Source: a virus. Taken from it: a DNA stretch of 56,506 bases. The stretch lies in IMG/VR virus record IMGVR_UViG_3300029951_000034. The stretch is one strand, 5' to 3'. Below are positions 47,639-56,506 of the stretch, one piece after another (position 1 is the stretch's first letter; every line of letters starts with the position of its first letter). Below the pieces are notes generated by a model. The model worked only from the letters and a program-made list of their open reading frames with translations. It ran no database searches and was not told the origin of the DNA. Both the position numbers and the translations under genes were made by a program.

Positions 47639-50430
47639 TGGCCAACGTCGTTGACCAAGCCTCGCGCGGGATGGGCCTGCCGAACCATTGGAAGTTCTTC
47701 TCGCCCTACCCCTTCAGCGGGATCAACCTTCAGTCCTCGCCGGTCGCGGTCAACGATCAGGAGTTTCTGTGGGTCGAGAACTTCCTGAAGTTGGGCGATG
47801 GCTATCTGAGGACCGCTTGGGGACCAGGCGCGGCCTTTTACACCGCCCCAACCGGCAAGACGATCATCAGCTTCAATTGGTACGTCATCGGCGAGAGCGA
47901 CTATGTGGCGGTGTTCCTGAGCGACGGATCGGCCGTCCAAGTGGCGTGGCCCGGCGGCGCCCAGACCGTCATCGGGCCGGCCGCGACGTTCTATAACGCC
48001 ACCTCCGGTTTCATCCCAGCGGTCAGCCAATATGGCGCGCTATACATCCTGATTTCCAACCGCAATTCGGTCAACGACTACTGGGCCTGGGATGGCGCGC
48101 TACTTTATGGCGCGGGCACGGCGGCGCCCAACGGCGTGGTTCTGCTGTCGAGTGGCCTGAAATATGACACTCTGCCCACGGTAACCGCCTTCGGCGGCCT
48201 GGGGTCGGGCATGGTGGTCGTTCCGTCGATCAATGCCGGTGGCGTGGTCTATCTCAACATCACTAACCCCGGCCACGGCTACGGCGTCGGCGATGTTGTG
48301 CAACTGGCCTTCAGTGGCGGCGGGAGCGACACCTCGGCTATCCTGACGGCGAACCTGAACACCGGCGGCGTGGCCGGTGTCAATATCACCGGCGGCGGAA
48401 CTGGATATACCTCGGCCACGGCGGCCTTCAGCGGCGGCGGCGGCACGGGCGCGGCCGGAACCGTCATTATCGGTTCCGGCGTCGCCACGCTCAACCTGAC
48501 GGCTGGCGGGTCAGGTTACGGCAGTGGCGCCGGGGTCAGTTTTACCGGCGGCGGTGGGTCAGGGGCCACGGCGACCGCCACGGTCACCGGCGGGGTCGTC
48601 ACGGCGCTTACGATCACCAGCCCAGGGTCTGGCTACACCTCGGCGCCCACGGTGGCCATTATCGGGGCGGGGACCGGAGCCACAGCCACGGCGACGGTCC
48701 AGAACGACATCATCATCGGCGTGACCATGACCAACCCCGGCACGGGTTACACGACCGCGCCCACGGTGACCTTCAGCGGTACGGGAACCGGCGCGACCGG
48801 CGTGGCGGTGCTCGACCCCACCAGCGTGGAGGGCGTGACCGTGGTCAATCCGGGGTCCGGGTTCGTCTACGCGCCGGCCATCGCTTTCGTCGGTGGAGGC
48901 GGGACCGGGGCGACCGGGACCGTGGAACTGGTCGGGACCTCTATCGCCAAGGTCAATGTGATCTCTGGGGGACAGAACTATCAGAAGGTCCCCACGGTGA
49001 TCTTCACCGGCGGCGGAGCGGGGACCGGCGCGGCGGCTACGGCGATCCTGGGCGGCGGGGAGGTGATCGCCATCAACCTGACCGATGGAGGGTCCGGCTA
49101 TACGACCAACGTCGAAGTCATCATCCAGCCGGCGAATTTCAACACCACCAGCCAGGATACCGGGACCGGGGCCGGGGCCATCGCCATCTTTCAACCCACC
49201 TCTATCGCCGGGGTGCAGATGATGAGCTATGGGCTCAACTACACGACCGCCCCAGCCATCGAGGTCCAGTCGGGGGCCAACAGCTCGGCCTACGCCACCG
49301 TCCAACTCATGCCGTTCGGTGTGTCGGGATCGTCCATCGAGACGTTTCAGTCTCGGGTGTGGATCTGCGATCCGGCCCCCGGCCAGTTTTCGCCACTGCC
49401 CACCGGCGGCAACTTCGCGGTTAGCGCGCCCGGCTCGATCACCGACTTCGCGACTTCCGACGGCGGCCTGCTGTTCACCAACTCCGACTCGTTCCTCAAG
49501 AAGCGCTATGTCGCCATCCACCAGTCTAACGGCTACCTCTACTTCTTCGGGGACCATTCCTGTTCGGTGGTCTCCAACGTCCAGACTAGCGGCAACCCGG
49601 CGACCACGACATTCGCCTATCAGAACGTCGATCCCCAGGTTGGCCTGTCCTGGCGAGACAGCTTGATCGACTTCGGCCGGTCAACCCTATTCGCCAACGA
49701 GACGGGGCTCTATGGTCTCTACGGCGGTGCGGTGTCGCGCATCTCCTCCAAGCTGGCGACGCTGTTCGACGATGCGGTGTTCCCGCCCACCGGCGGCGCC
49801 CTGGTCCCCACCTCGGCCATCGCCACGCTGTTCGACATCAAGCATGTGATGATGCTGATGACGGTGACTGACCCTGATACCGAAGCGGCGCGGAACGTCA
49901 TGGTCACATGGAACGAGCGGGAGTGGGTGGTCACCTCGCAGGGGCTCGCTCTGACCTTCATCGGATCGCGCACTTTCAACTCGACCTATTACGCCTACGG
50001 GACCGATGGGGCCTCTCTCTACCCGCTGTTCGCCCAGTCGTCCAACACCCTGACCAAGCGGCTGGATACCAAGCTATACGGCAACGACAAGCCGTTCATG
50101 ACCAAGGAGATGGATGCGCTCTATCTGGTGGCGTCGGACCTGTCGGCCGGGGCGGTCGGCATCGCCATGGACGTGACCGCCGTCTCGTCCGGCCAGGCGC
50201 TTCAGAACCCGTTCGATACGACCACCCAGAACGCGACCTACGCCGACCCCTTCCTTCAGCCGATCGATTTCGCCTCCCCCTCGCCCTACTGGGCCACCTG
50301 GGGAAGCGGGACTGGCGGCGGGTCCGTTCCGTTCACCAGCATGGGGCTCCGGTTCACGACCACCAGTCCGGATTTTGCTTTGGGCCATCTCATGATAGCT
50401 TACCATGATAGTTCCGCCATCGCGGGCTAA
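47638..50430 (+). CDS. putative nozzle / tail tubular protein B-like protein with about nine inserted GxG(Y/F) modules (930 aa)
   Basis: TGATG overlap with the upstream gene. The N- and C-terminal beta-rich regions flank GGTGYTSATAAFSGGGGTGAAG-type repeats. Confidence 0.5.
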   Translation: MANVVDQASRGMGLPNHWKFFSPYPFSGINLQSSPVAVNDQEFLWVENFLKLGDGYLRTAWGPGAAFYTAPTGKTIISFNWYVIGESDYVAVFLSDGSAVQVAWPGGAQTVIGPAATFYNATSGFIPAVSQYGALYILISNRNSVNDYWAWDGALLYGAGTAAPNGVVLLSSGLKYDTLPTVTAFGGLGSGMVVVPSINAGGVVYLNITNPGHGYGVGDVVQLAFSGGGSDTSAILTANLNTGGVAGVNITGGGTGYTSATAAFSGGGGTGAAGTVIIGSGVATLNLTAGGSGYGSGAGVSFTGGGGSGATATATVTGGVVTALTITSPGSGYTSAPTVAIIGAGTGATATATVQNDIIIGVTMTNPGTGYTTAPTVTFSGTGTGATGVAVLDPTSVEGVTVVNPGSGFVYAPAIAFVGGGGTGATGTVELVGTSIAKVNVISGGQNYQKVPTVIFTGGGAGTGAAATAILGGGEVIAINLTDGGSGYTTNVEVIIQPANFNTTSQDTGTGAGAIAIFQPTSIAGVQMMSYGLNYTTAPAIEVQSGANSSAYATVQLMPFGVSGSSIETFQSRVWICDPAPGQFSPLPTGGNFAVSAPGSITDFATSDGGLLFTNSDSFLKKRYVAIHQSNGYLYFFGDHSCSVVSNVQTSGNPATTTFAYQNVDPQVGLSWRDSLIDFGRSTLFANETGLYGLYGGAVSRISSKLATLFDDAVFPPTGGALVPTSAIATLFDIKHVMMLMTVTDPDTEAARNVMVTWNEREWVVTSQGLALTFIGSRTFNSTYYAYGTDGASLYPLFAQSSNTLTKRLDTKLYGNDKPFMTKEMDALYLVASDLSAGAVGIAMDVTAVSSGQALQNPFDTTTQNATYADPFLQPIDFASPSPYWATWGSGTGGGSVPFTSMGLRFTTTSPDFALGHLMIAYHDSSAIAG

Positions 50431-50440
50431 GGAGAGAGAC

Positions 50441-50650
50441 ATGGCCATCAAGTTTTCGCGCCTCGTCAAGGGCGAGGTTCGGGCAGAGACGCCGAACGGA
50501 ACCGAGCATACGCCATTTGGCGGCTGGAACGGACTCCAGAACGGCGCCAACCGATCGGACAACAAGGCCGAATTGGACGGTTTCGGGTGCGGCGCCGACG
50601 GCGGGCGCGGCGTCGATCGCAAGATGAGGCGCGGCGGCTGGGGTTGGTAA
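50441..50650 (+). CDS. hypothetical protein (69 aa)
   Basis: Strong AAGGAGAGAGAC RBS before an internal ATG. Confidence 0.5.
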   Translation: MAIKFSRLVKGEVRAETPNGTEHTPFGGWNGLQNGANRSDNKAELDGFGCGADGGRGVDRKMRRGGWGW

Positions 50651-50986
50651 GTGCTGATCGACCTGCTTTCCCCGCCCCAAAACGCCCAGGACTGGGAGCG
50701 CTACGACCTCGCTCACCGCAAGAGCCATGAGGCGATCATTGCCGCCGCCCAGGCCAAGGGTGTGGCGCTGATCGAATATGTCCTCAGTCCGATCACCGAT
50801 GCGGACCTGACCGGGTTTTTGCAGCGTAACCAGCAAATGCATCTTCAGGCCGACGCCCTGGCCGGGGTCCAGTCGATCGACCTTCAGGATGTGAATTTTT
50901 CCGATCAATCCCAGGTGGTCGAATGGGCCTACCTGCACTGGCAAGATCACTTCAACCTCGAACAGTTTTTCGGTATAGCCTCATGA
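50651..50986 (+). CDS. hypothetical protein (111 aa)
   Basis: GTG start directly after the upstream stop. Confidence 0.5.
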   Translation: MLIDLLSPPQNAQDWERYDLAHRKSHEAIIAAAQAKGVALIEYVLSPITDADLTGFLQRNQQMHLQADALAGVQSIDLQDVNFSDQSQVVEWAYLHWQDHFNLEQFFGIAS

Positions 50987-51429
50987 CCATGGAGTTCTCT
51001 ATCGAGACCTATGACGAGGTGATCGCCGATATCCGGCCGCTTCTGATCGATCATTGGCTCGAGTTGGCCGCCTATTCCGACATTCCGCTCGATCCGAACT
51101 ATGACCACTATCAGGCCCTGGACCGCGCCGGTCTCATCCGCATCTACACGGCCCGCCTGGACGGCGCGTTGATTGGCTATGTGATCATGACGGTGATCAA
51201 GTCGCATCCGCACTACCGGGGTCAAGCGTGGGCGGTGAGCGATATCGTGCTGGTGCTCAAGGAACATCGCAATTTCGGCGTCGGAAACGGCCTGTTTGAT
51301 CTGCTTGAAGACGACCTCAAGGGTTCCGTGGTTCAAATCCACACCAAGAACGCTCACCCGGAACTTCAAATCCTGCTAAAGTCGCGTGGGTACGACCCCA
51401 TAGAGACCACGTTCAGCAAGAGGCTGTGA
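50983..51429 (+). CDS. GNAT-family N-acetyltransferase (148 aa)
   Basis: ATGA overlap with the upstream gene. ...ALIGYVIMTV...VLKEHRNFGVGNGLFDLLEDDL...LLKSRGYDPIETTFSK (R/QxxGxG/A-type acetyl-CoA loop). Confidence 0.65.
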   Translation: MTMEFSIETYDEVIADIRPLLIDHWLELAAYSDIPLDPNYDHYQALDRAGLIRIYTARLDGALIGYVIMTVIKSHPHYRGQAWAVSDIVLVLKEHRNFGVGNGLFDLLEDDLKGSVVQIHTKNAHPELQILLKSRGYDPIETTFSKRL

Positions 51430-51430
51430 G

Positions 51431-52897
51431 ATGCCAGGGTCCGCCATTATTACCGCCATCGGGACGTTTCTGAGCACGACCGCGCCCGAGGCGATTGCTG
51501 GCGCGGCAAGTAGCCTCGGAGTCGGCGCTGGGGTGGCCGGGGCCATCGGAACCGGCCTGACTGACGCGGCCGTAGGCGCCGGACTGGGGGCGACCGAGGG
51601 GGCGATCACGGGCGGTGACATCGGCAAGGGCGCGCTGTTCGGCGGGATCACTGGCGGGATCACTGGCGGCTTTGGTCCTGAAATCAGCGCGGCGACCGGA
51701 ATTGGCACGGTTGGGGCCGATGCGATTGCTGGCCTGGCCGGCGGCGCCCTGGGTGGCGTGGCGACCGGACAAAGCCCGCTTACCGGCGCTCTTGAGGGCG
51801 GCGTCGGCGGAGCCATCACCGGCGCGTTGTCGGGCGGCGGAGCGCCAAGTTCGTCGGCAGGCGCGACCGGCGGCGGAGCGACTTCCGCAGCGGCTGGCGT
51901 GGCCCCGGTCGGAGTCAGCGCCAGCGACACCGCCGGTTTCAACGCCTTCGCCCCCGACAGTTCGGCCGTGCCGACAGGCGTGTCAACTTCCGCTCTTCCC
52001 GGCGACGTGGGAGCGGGAGCGGCGGGCGGCGGGGCCACTCCGGCCAGCGCCGGCATACCCAGCGCCACGGGAACCGCTCTGACATCCACGCCGGCCGGTC
52101 TTGGGGCTCCATCCGCTCCGCTCGCTGGCGGCGTGGGAACGGCCCTGACTTCCACCCCGGTCCTGGGGTCTGGAGATAGTCTTGGTGGTTCGTTGGGAAG
52201 CGCGGCCGGAACGGTCGGCGCGACGACCGGCGGGGTGAGCCCAGGTGAAGCAGCCTTCCAGGGCAACTTCCTTGGGGGTGACAATGCTCTCACCAGCAAT
52301 CTTGCGCCGGGCACAACGGGGGCGAGCACGGTTGGCGCTCCCCTGGCCGGTAGCGGCGGATCGGCCGGCCCTACCGCAGCGGGAGGCGGCTTGGGGAGTA
52401 TGTTCAAGAATCCCATGTTGGACCTCGTGGGGCTCGGCTTCGGTCTGGATATTTTGAAGGGTAGCCAGAAGCCCGAGTTCGAGGGCCAACTTTCCGGTTC
52501 GGCCGCGTCCCTGGCCGCCCAGGCGTCGCAACTCGGAAGCTATGAACTGTCCGGCACGCTCCCCCCTGGCATTCAGGCCACACTCAACACCGCCGGGGCT
52601 TCAGCCGCCGCCTCGATCCGCTCGCAATACGCCTCGCGCGGCATGACCGGATCATCGGCCGAAGCGCAGGACCTTCAGAACCTCGCCCTTCAAATCCAGG
52701 GTCAGGGCCAGACCATTGCCGCCCAACTGTTCAGCCAGGGCTTGCAGGAGACAGGCATGGCCGACCAGCTCTATCAGGGCCTCATGCAGACGCAGATTGC
52801 CCAGGACCAGGAACTGTCTCAGGGCGTGACGGGCCTCGCCGCAGCGCTGGCGAACTTCAGCCGGCCCGTTCAATATGTCCAGGCGACGGGAGGATAG
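51431..52897 (+). CDS. internal virion protein with a Gly/Ala/Ser/Thr-rich low-complexity N-terminal 330 aa (488 aa)
   Basis: Assigned from its position in the ejection-protein block and its helical Q-rich C-terminus. Confidence 0.55.
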   Translation: MPGSAIITAIGTFLSTTAPEAIAGAASSLGVGAGVAGAIGTGLTDAAVGAGLGATEGAITGGDIGKGALFGGITGGITGGFGPEISAATGIGTVGADAIAGLAGGALGGVATGQSPLTGALEGGVGGAITGALSGGGAPSSSAGATGGGATSAAAGVAPVGVSASDTAGFNAFAPDSSAVPTGVSTSALPGDVGAGAAGGGATPASAGIPSATGTALTSTPAGLGAPSAPLAGGVGTALTSTPVLGSGDSLGGSLGSAAGTVGATTGGVSPGEAAFQGNFLGGDNALTSNLAPGTTGASTVGAPLAGSGGSAGPTAAGGGLGSMFKNPMLDLVGLGFGLDILKGSQKPEFEGQLSGSAASLAAQASQLGSYELSGTLPPGIQATLNTAGASAAASIRSQYASRGMTGSSAEAQDLQNLALQIQGQGQTIAAQLFSQGLQETGMADQLYQGLMQTQIAQDQELSQGVTGLAAALANFSRPVQYVQATGG

Positions 52898-52900
52898 ACC

Positions 52901-54394
52901 ATGGCTGACGGCGCTCTCGCCCCCTCCCCGGCCCTGCCTACGGATCAACCTGGCCCTCTCGCTGGAAAGTCGGACCTCAAGAAGACCAACCCCCTCGCCG
53001 AGGCGGAATCGGCGATCGATAAGGGAACGGCCGATCTTCAGGGGATCGAAACCCGAAAGACGCAGGAGATGGCGTCGCATGAGCGGTTGCGCGATTCGGC
53101 CACGCCCCCGACGCTGAAGCAGGTTCCGCAACCCACCGAACAGCTCACCGACCCTCAACACGCCTGGTCATCCTCGGCCATGGTGCTCGCCGCCCTGGGA
53201 TCGCTGTTCACGCGCCACCCCCTGACCACGGCCATAAACTCGGCCGCCGCGACGATCAACGCCTTCCACAAGGGCGACACCGAGGCGTTCTCGACCGCGT
53301 TCAAGTCCTGGCAAGTGGCTAGCCAGAACGCCATGGAGTTGTACGACTACCAGCAGAAGGCTTACGAGCGCATCCTGGCCCAAGCCGACCGCCTTGACCG
53401 TCTGTCGGTTCAGGATGCGGCCAACCAGGAACATATCATCCAGGCGGAAATTCAGGCCGCCTCGGCCAAATTCCGCGACAACATCATGGCCGATCAAGCG
53501 AAGATCAACGGCGCCCGTGGGGCTGTCGAGGTATACGAAGGCCGCCAGCGCGGATTTGAAGCCTATGTGAAGTCGCGCAAGGACCTCGAGTCGTTCGGGC
53601 TTCAGAACGAAGCCATGAACGCCTGGCGGAAGGAAAACCCCGCACCCGACCCCAAGACCTCGACGCCGGCGCAACAAAGGGCCTGGGCGGAGGCCGGCGT
53701 TCAGGAATGGGGCAAACTTCAGGCCCAGACCGGACACGCCTGGACGCAGCAGCAGGCCGGTAAACAGGTCACGTCCATGCAGAGCGGGCTCGATAAATCG
53801 GCGATCGGGAAGGCGTGGAACGGGGTGGCCGAGTCCTATCCCGATGTCGCCAAGATCGTGAACGAGGCATATGACCATCCGGAAGCGATTGTTGACGGCG
53901 TGCGGCGCGGCGTTATCTCCGCCTCGGTCGTCACCGATCTGTTCACCCGCGCTTTCAATGGCGGCAACGCCATGCGCGGATTTCAGGTCAAGATGACCAA
54001 GGACGACATGAGCGTGATGGAGCAGGCCGACAAGCAATACCATCAATGGTTCGGCCGTGGCGGCGCGGTTCCCGCCGACGTGATCCGGGACATGGCCGCC
54101 GCCATCAAGCTCTCGACGCGGGAGATCGACAAGCACTACGCCGACGCCGTCAAGGCCCAGAAGTCCGCCCTGGTCGATATGGGAATCGATCCGCACTTGG
54201 CGGAGGATGTCGCCCCCCCAAACTTCAAGAAGGCCCACCCCGAGATTCAGAGGCTATTGGGCGGTGGAGGGGGCGGAAAGGCCCCCCCACCATATGACGT
54301 CGACATCCTGAAGAAATCGCCGACCCCGCGGTACCGGAAGCATTTCGATGAGACCTACGGACCCGGCGCGGCGGCGCGCGTTCTGGGGCAATAG
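52901..54394 (+). CDS. internal virion protein (497 aa)
   Basis: Helical and charged. It lies between the other two internal-protein genes. Confidence 0.5.
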   Translation: MADGALAPSPALPTDQPGPLAGKSDLKKTNPLAEAESAIDKGTADLQGIETRKTQEMASHERLRDSATPPTLKQVPQPTEQLTDPQHAWSSSAMVLAALGSLFTRHPLTTAINSAAATINAFHKGDTEAFSTAFKSWQVASQNAMELYDYQQKAYERILAQADRLDRLSVQDAANQEHIIQAEIQAASAKFRDNIMADQAKINGARGAVEVYEGRQRGFEAYVKSRKDLESFGLQNEAMNAWRKENPAPDPKTSTPAQQRAWAEAGVQEWGKLQAQTGHAWTQQQAGKQVTSMQSGLDKSAIGKAWNGVAESYPDVAKIVNEAYDHPEAIVDGVRRGVISASVVTDLFTRAFNGGNAMRGFQVKMTKDDMSVMEQADKQYHQWFGRGGAVPADVIRDMAAAIKLSTREIDKHYADAVKAQKSALVDMGIDPHLAEDVAPPNFKKAHPEIQRLLGGGGGGKAPPPYDVDILKKSPTPRYRKHFDETYGPGAAARVLGQ

Positions 54395-54396
54395 CC

Positions 54397-56506
54397 ATGC
54401 CTGACGGCAATCCATTCGGCCAACCATCGCCCCCCGCCGCGCCACCGCCACAGGGCGATATCCTGCCTGTCCAGTGGTGGAAGGATTTCGGCGAGCGTCA
54501 GAAAGACGCGGCTGGCCGGATCGAGCAGGATATGCAACCCCGCTCGCCGCTTCAGACCGTCCAGGACGCGGCGGGAGGCCCGTTTAGCCCCCATGCCCTG
54601 AAGACCGGCGGCGACGTGTTCGACTACGCCATGTCGCCCCTCCAGGGGGCGTTTGACACGATGATCGGGCGTCCGGTAGAGCAACTATCCGGCGGTCGGA
54701 TCAAGAAGAAGACGGCCGGCGATGTTGCCTCGTTCGTTGTCCCGTTTGGCGGCGAAGTGGCGGCCGAACGCGCCATGGCGAACGCGGCGCGGAAGATTGG
54801 CGTGACCGTCGAGCAGTTCAAAACCATGCTGAAGGCCCGCGAGGCCGCCTGGGCTGCCAACAAAGGAGAATTGGCTAGACGAACGGCGACCCAGGAGCGC
54901 ATAGGCGCCAAGCCGAGCCTGACCGTGGGAACCACCAGCCCCGCGCTCCGGACCATAGCCTCACACCTCGGTGGCACAGCTCTCGCCGGTTATGGCCCTC
55001 GCGCGGCGGTGAAGCGAACCGGCGAGGCGATTGAAAAGACCGGAGCGGAGACGGCGGCGAAGATCGGCCAAGTCGGAACCGATAAGTCTATTGGCGACAC
55101 CATCCGCGCTGGGATCAAGCGTTTTTCGCAAAGCAACCCGGACGGCGCTCCGGTCAGGGAAAATCTGGACCCTGGCACTACCGCCGCCCTGGAGTCGGCG
55201 GCACGGTCCACGAAATCCAACATCATCGGCTTTGGCAACAAGGCCAATGTGTTGATGGAGCGCGCCGATCGCCTGGTGGGCAATCCGACCTCCTTGATCA
55301 AGGCCGATAACACGGCGGCGGCGCTCAATGACCACATGGCCCTGTTTGACAATCCGTCGTTGAGCCAGATGCACCGTAACCCGATCCTGGAGAGATATCA
55401 GGGCATCCTCGCCAAATCTCAGGGCAAGCTATCCTGGCAGGACGCTCGTCAGCTCCGCACCCGCATCAGGATGATGATGACGACACCGGAACTCCGCATC
55501 GGCATAGACGAAGCGGAGCTGAAGCGCATCTATGGCGCGCTCAGTGAAGACCTTCAGGGTGGGGCCTATGCCTTGGGGAAGAAGGCCGGCGGCGACGCCT
55601 ATAGGGAGGCCAACAAGTTCTATTACGCTGGCCAGAAGCGGATCGAGAACACGCTGAACGACGTTTTCAACACTCAGAGCAGCGAAAAAATCTTCGCCGA
55701 CCTGTACGCTAACGCCAGTTCAGGCGTGGCCGGGAAGGGAAATCTGGAGAAGTTGACGCAGGTCAAGCGCTCCCTGACGCCCAGCGAATGGCGCGACTTT
55801 TCAGCCTCGGTCCTCAGCCAGATGGGGGTAACGACACCTGGAAAGCGCGGCGAGCAGGTCTTTTCGCCGGAAACCTTCTTTACCAATTTTGAGAATATGA
55901 GTCAGCGTGTCGGGGGGCGCGAAGATAGCGCGGTCGATAGCGGTCTGAAGCTTCTGTTCGAGGGCGAAGGCAAGGAGGGCACGTTCTCTGCCATCCAGGA
56001 CATGGCGGAAAATTCCGGTTTCCTGCGAGAACTTCGCAAGCTCTACAACCACTCTCAATCCGGCTATACGGCGGCCGACATGGGCATGTTGGGGGGCATG
56101 ATGGCGGTGGGGGCGGAGGGCGGGGTTGGGCACGACCTTTTCCTGAAGATTCCAGCCATCGCGATGACCTTGGCCGGCAACTTCGCCCTCGAAAACGCTT
56201 CGTTCGTCAAATGGCTCGCGAAGGTGAGTAGCGGCACGGGGCCAAAGACCACCGACGCGATCATGGACAGCCTGGGCCAACTCGCCAAGACCAACGCCGC
56301 CGTGACCCCTATCTACCACGCCGTGGGCGCCGCTATTCATCCTCACGGCCAGGATGTGAGCTTGCCAGCCGATCACAAAGAGCCGGACGCTCCGGATGAC
56401 GGCAATCCATTCGGCAAGGGCGAGCCGGACGCTCCGGATGACGGCAATCCATTCGGCAAGGGCGAGCCGGACGCTCCGGATGACGGCAATCCATTCGGCA
56501 AGGGCG
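54397..56506 (+). CDS. 5' part of the wrap-around internal virion/ejection protein (no stop inside the window; continues at nt 1)
   Basis: The ATG lies 2 nt after the upstream stop and the frame is open to the window end. The N-terminus MPDGNPFG repeats the DGNPFG motif of the C-terminal tandem repeats. Confidence 0.7.
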   Translation, partial: MPDGNPFGQPSPPAAPPPQGDILPVQWWKDFGERQKDAAGRIEQDMQPRSPLQTVQDAAGGPFSPHALKTGGDVFDYAMSPLQGAFDTMIGRPVEQLSGGRIKKKTAGDVASFVVPFGGEVAAERAMANAARKIGVTVEQFKTMLKAREAAWAANKGELARRTATQERIGAKPSLTVGTTSPALRTIASHLGGTALAGYGPRAAVKRTGEAIEKTGAETAAKIGQVGTDKSIGDTIRAGIKRFSQSNPDGAPVRENLDPGTTAALESAARSTKSNIIGFGNKANVLMERADRLVGNPTSLIKADNTAAALNDHMALFDNPSLSQMHRNPILERYQGILAKSQGKLSWQDARQLRTRIRMMMTTPELRIGIDEAELKRIYGALSEDLQGGAYALGKKAGGDAYREANKFYYAGQKRIENTLNDVFNTQSSEKIFADLYANASSGVAGKGNLEKLTQVKRSLTPSEWRDFSASVLSQMGVTTPGKRGEQVFSPETFFTNFENMSQRVGGREDSAVDSGLKLLFEGEGKEGTFSAIQDMAENSGFLRELRKLYNHSQSGYTAADMGMLGGMMAVGAEGGVGHDLFLKIPAIAMTLAGNFALENASFVKWLAKVSSGTGPKTTDAIMDSLGQLAKTNAAVTPIYHAVGAAIHPHGQDVSLPADHKEPDAPDDGNPFGKGEPDAPDDGNPFGKGEPDAPDDGNPFGKG
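56381..56506 (+). repeat. 42-bp tandem repeat array at the window end (12 + 42 + 42 + 30 nt)
   Basis: Same unit as 1..126. 56393-56506 is identical to 1-114. Confidence 0.95.

Noticed and set aside
51318-51345. GGTTCAAATCC T-loop-like sequence suggesting a tRNA
   Set aside because: Only a 4-bp T-stem can form and no matching acceptor, D or anticodon arms were found. The sequence lies inside the well-supported GNAT reading frame. No other tRNA-like motif was seen.
56393-56506. The 114-nt identity between the window ends interpreted as a genuine direct terminal repeat of the virion DNA
   Set aside because: The identity falls inside a coding tandem repeat in the middle of a gene, and both ways of joining the ends keep the frame. 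Circularisation overlap, or arbitrary linearisation of a circular or permuted assembly, is more likely. Read-start analysis is needed to settle it.

Overview
The window reads as one complete genome of about 56.4 kb from a high-GC, podovirus-like dsDNA phage or phage-derived element. The host is probably an alphaproteobacterium, because the genome carries a GcrA-like regulator and a beta-class amino-methyltransferase. The first 114 nt are identical to the last 114 nt and lie inside a coding 42-bp tandem repeat, so one gene (54397..56506 plus 1..605) wraps around the window ends.

Modules in window order:
- 595-12029: collagen-like fibre, tailspikes and repeat-rich fibres.
- 12116-14332: lysis cassette and small membrane proteins.
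- 14511-17991, minus strand: an early block of tiny, start/stop-overlapping genes that contains three kinds of coding tandem repeat.
- 18098-23782: sliding clamp, SNF2-type helicase, methyltransferase, GcrA-like regulator and VRR-NUC nuclease.
- 23529-29597, minus strand: accessory operon with a PD-(D/E)XK nuclease, a methyltransferase-like protein, RHH proteins and a 450-aa xQLx-repeat protein.
- 29683-34183: primase/helicase, an iteron-rich putative origin and a DUF1376-like protein.
- 34206-34889: a small serine recombinase, the only recombinase seen.
- 35120-41385: small genes, then an RHH / proteasome-like / J-domain cassette, then the large terminase.
- 41382-43378: portal gene plus one small gene, inverted relative to their neighbours.
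- 43642-56506: scaffold, major capsid protein, decoration, adaptor and nozzle proteins, a GNAT protein, and three internal virion proteins, the last carrying an M15 peptidase domain.

No tRNA, rRNA, CRISPR array, reverse transcriptase or tyrosine integrase was found. All function calls come from motifs read by eye. No database search was possible. Many long ORFs in the supplied track are antisense artefacts of the high GC content.
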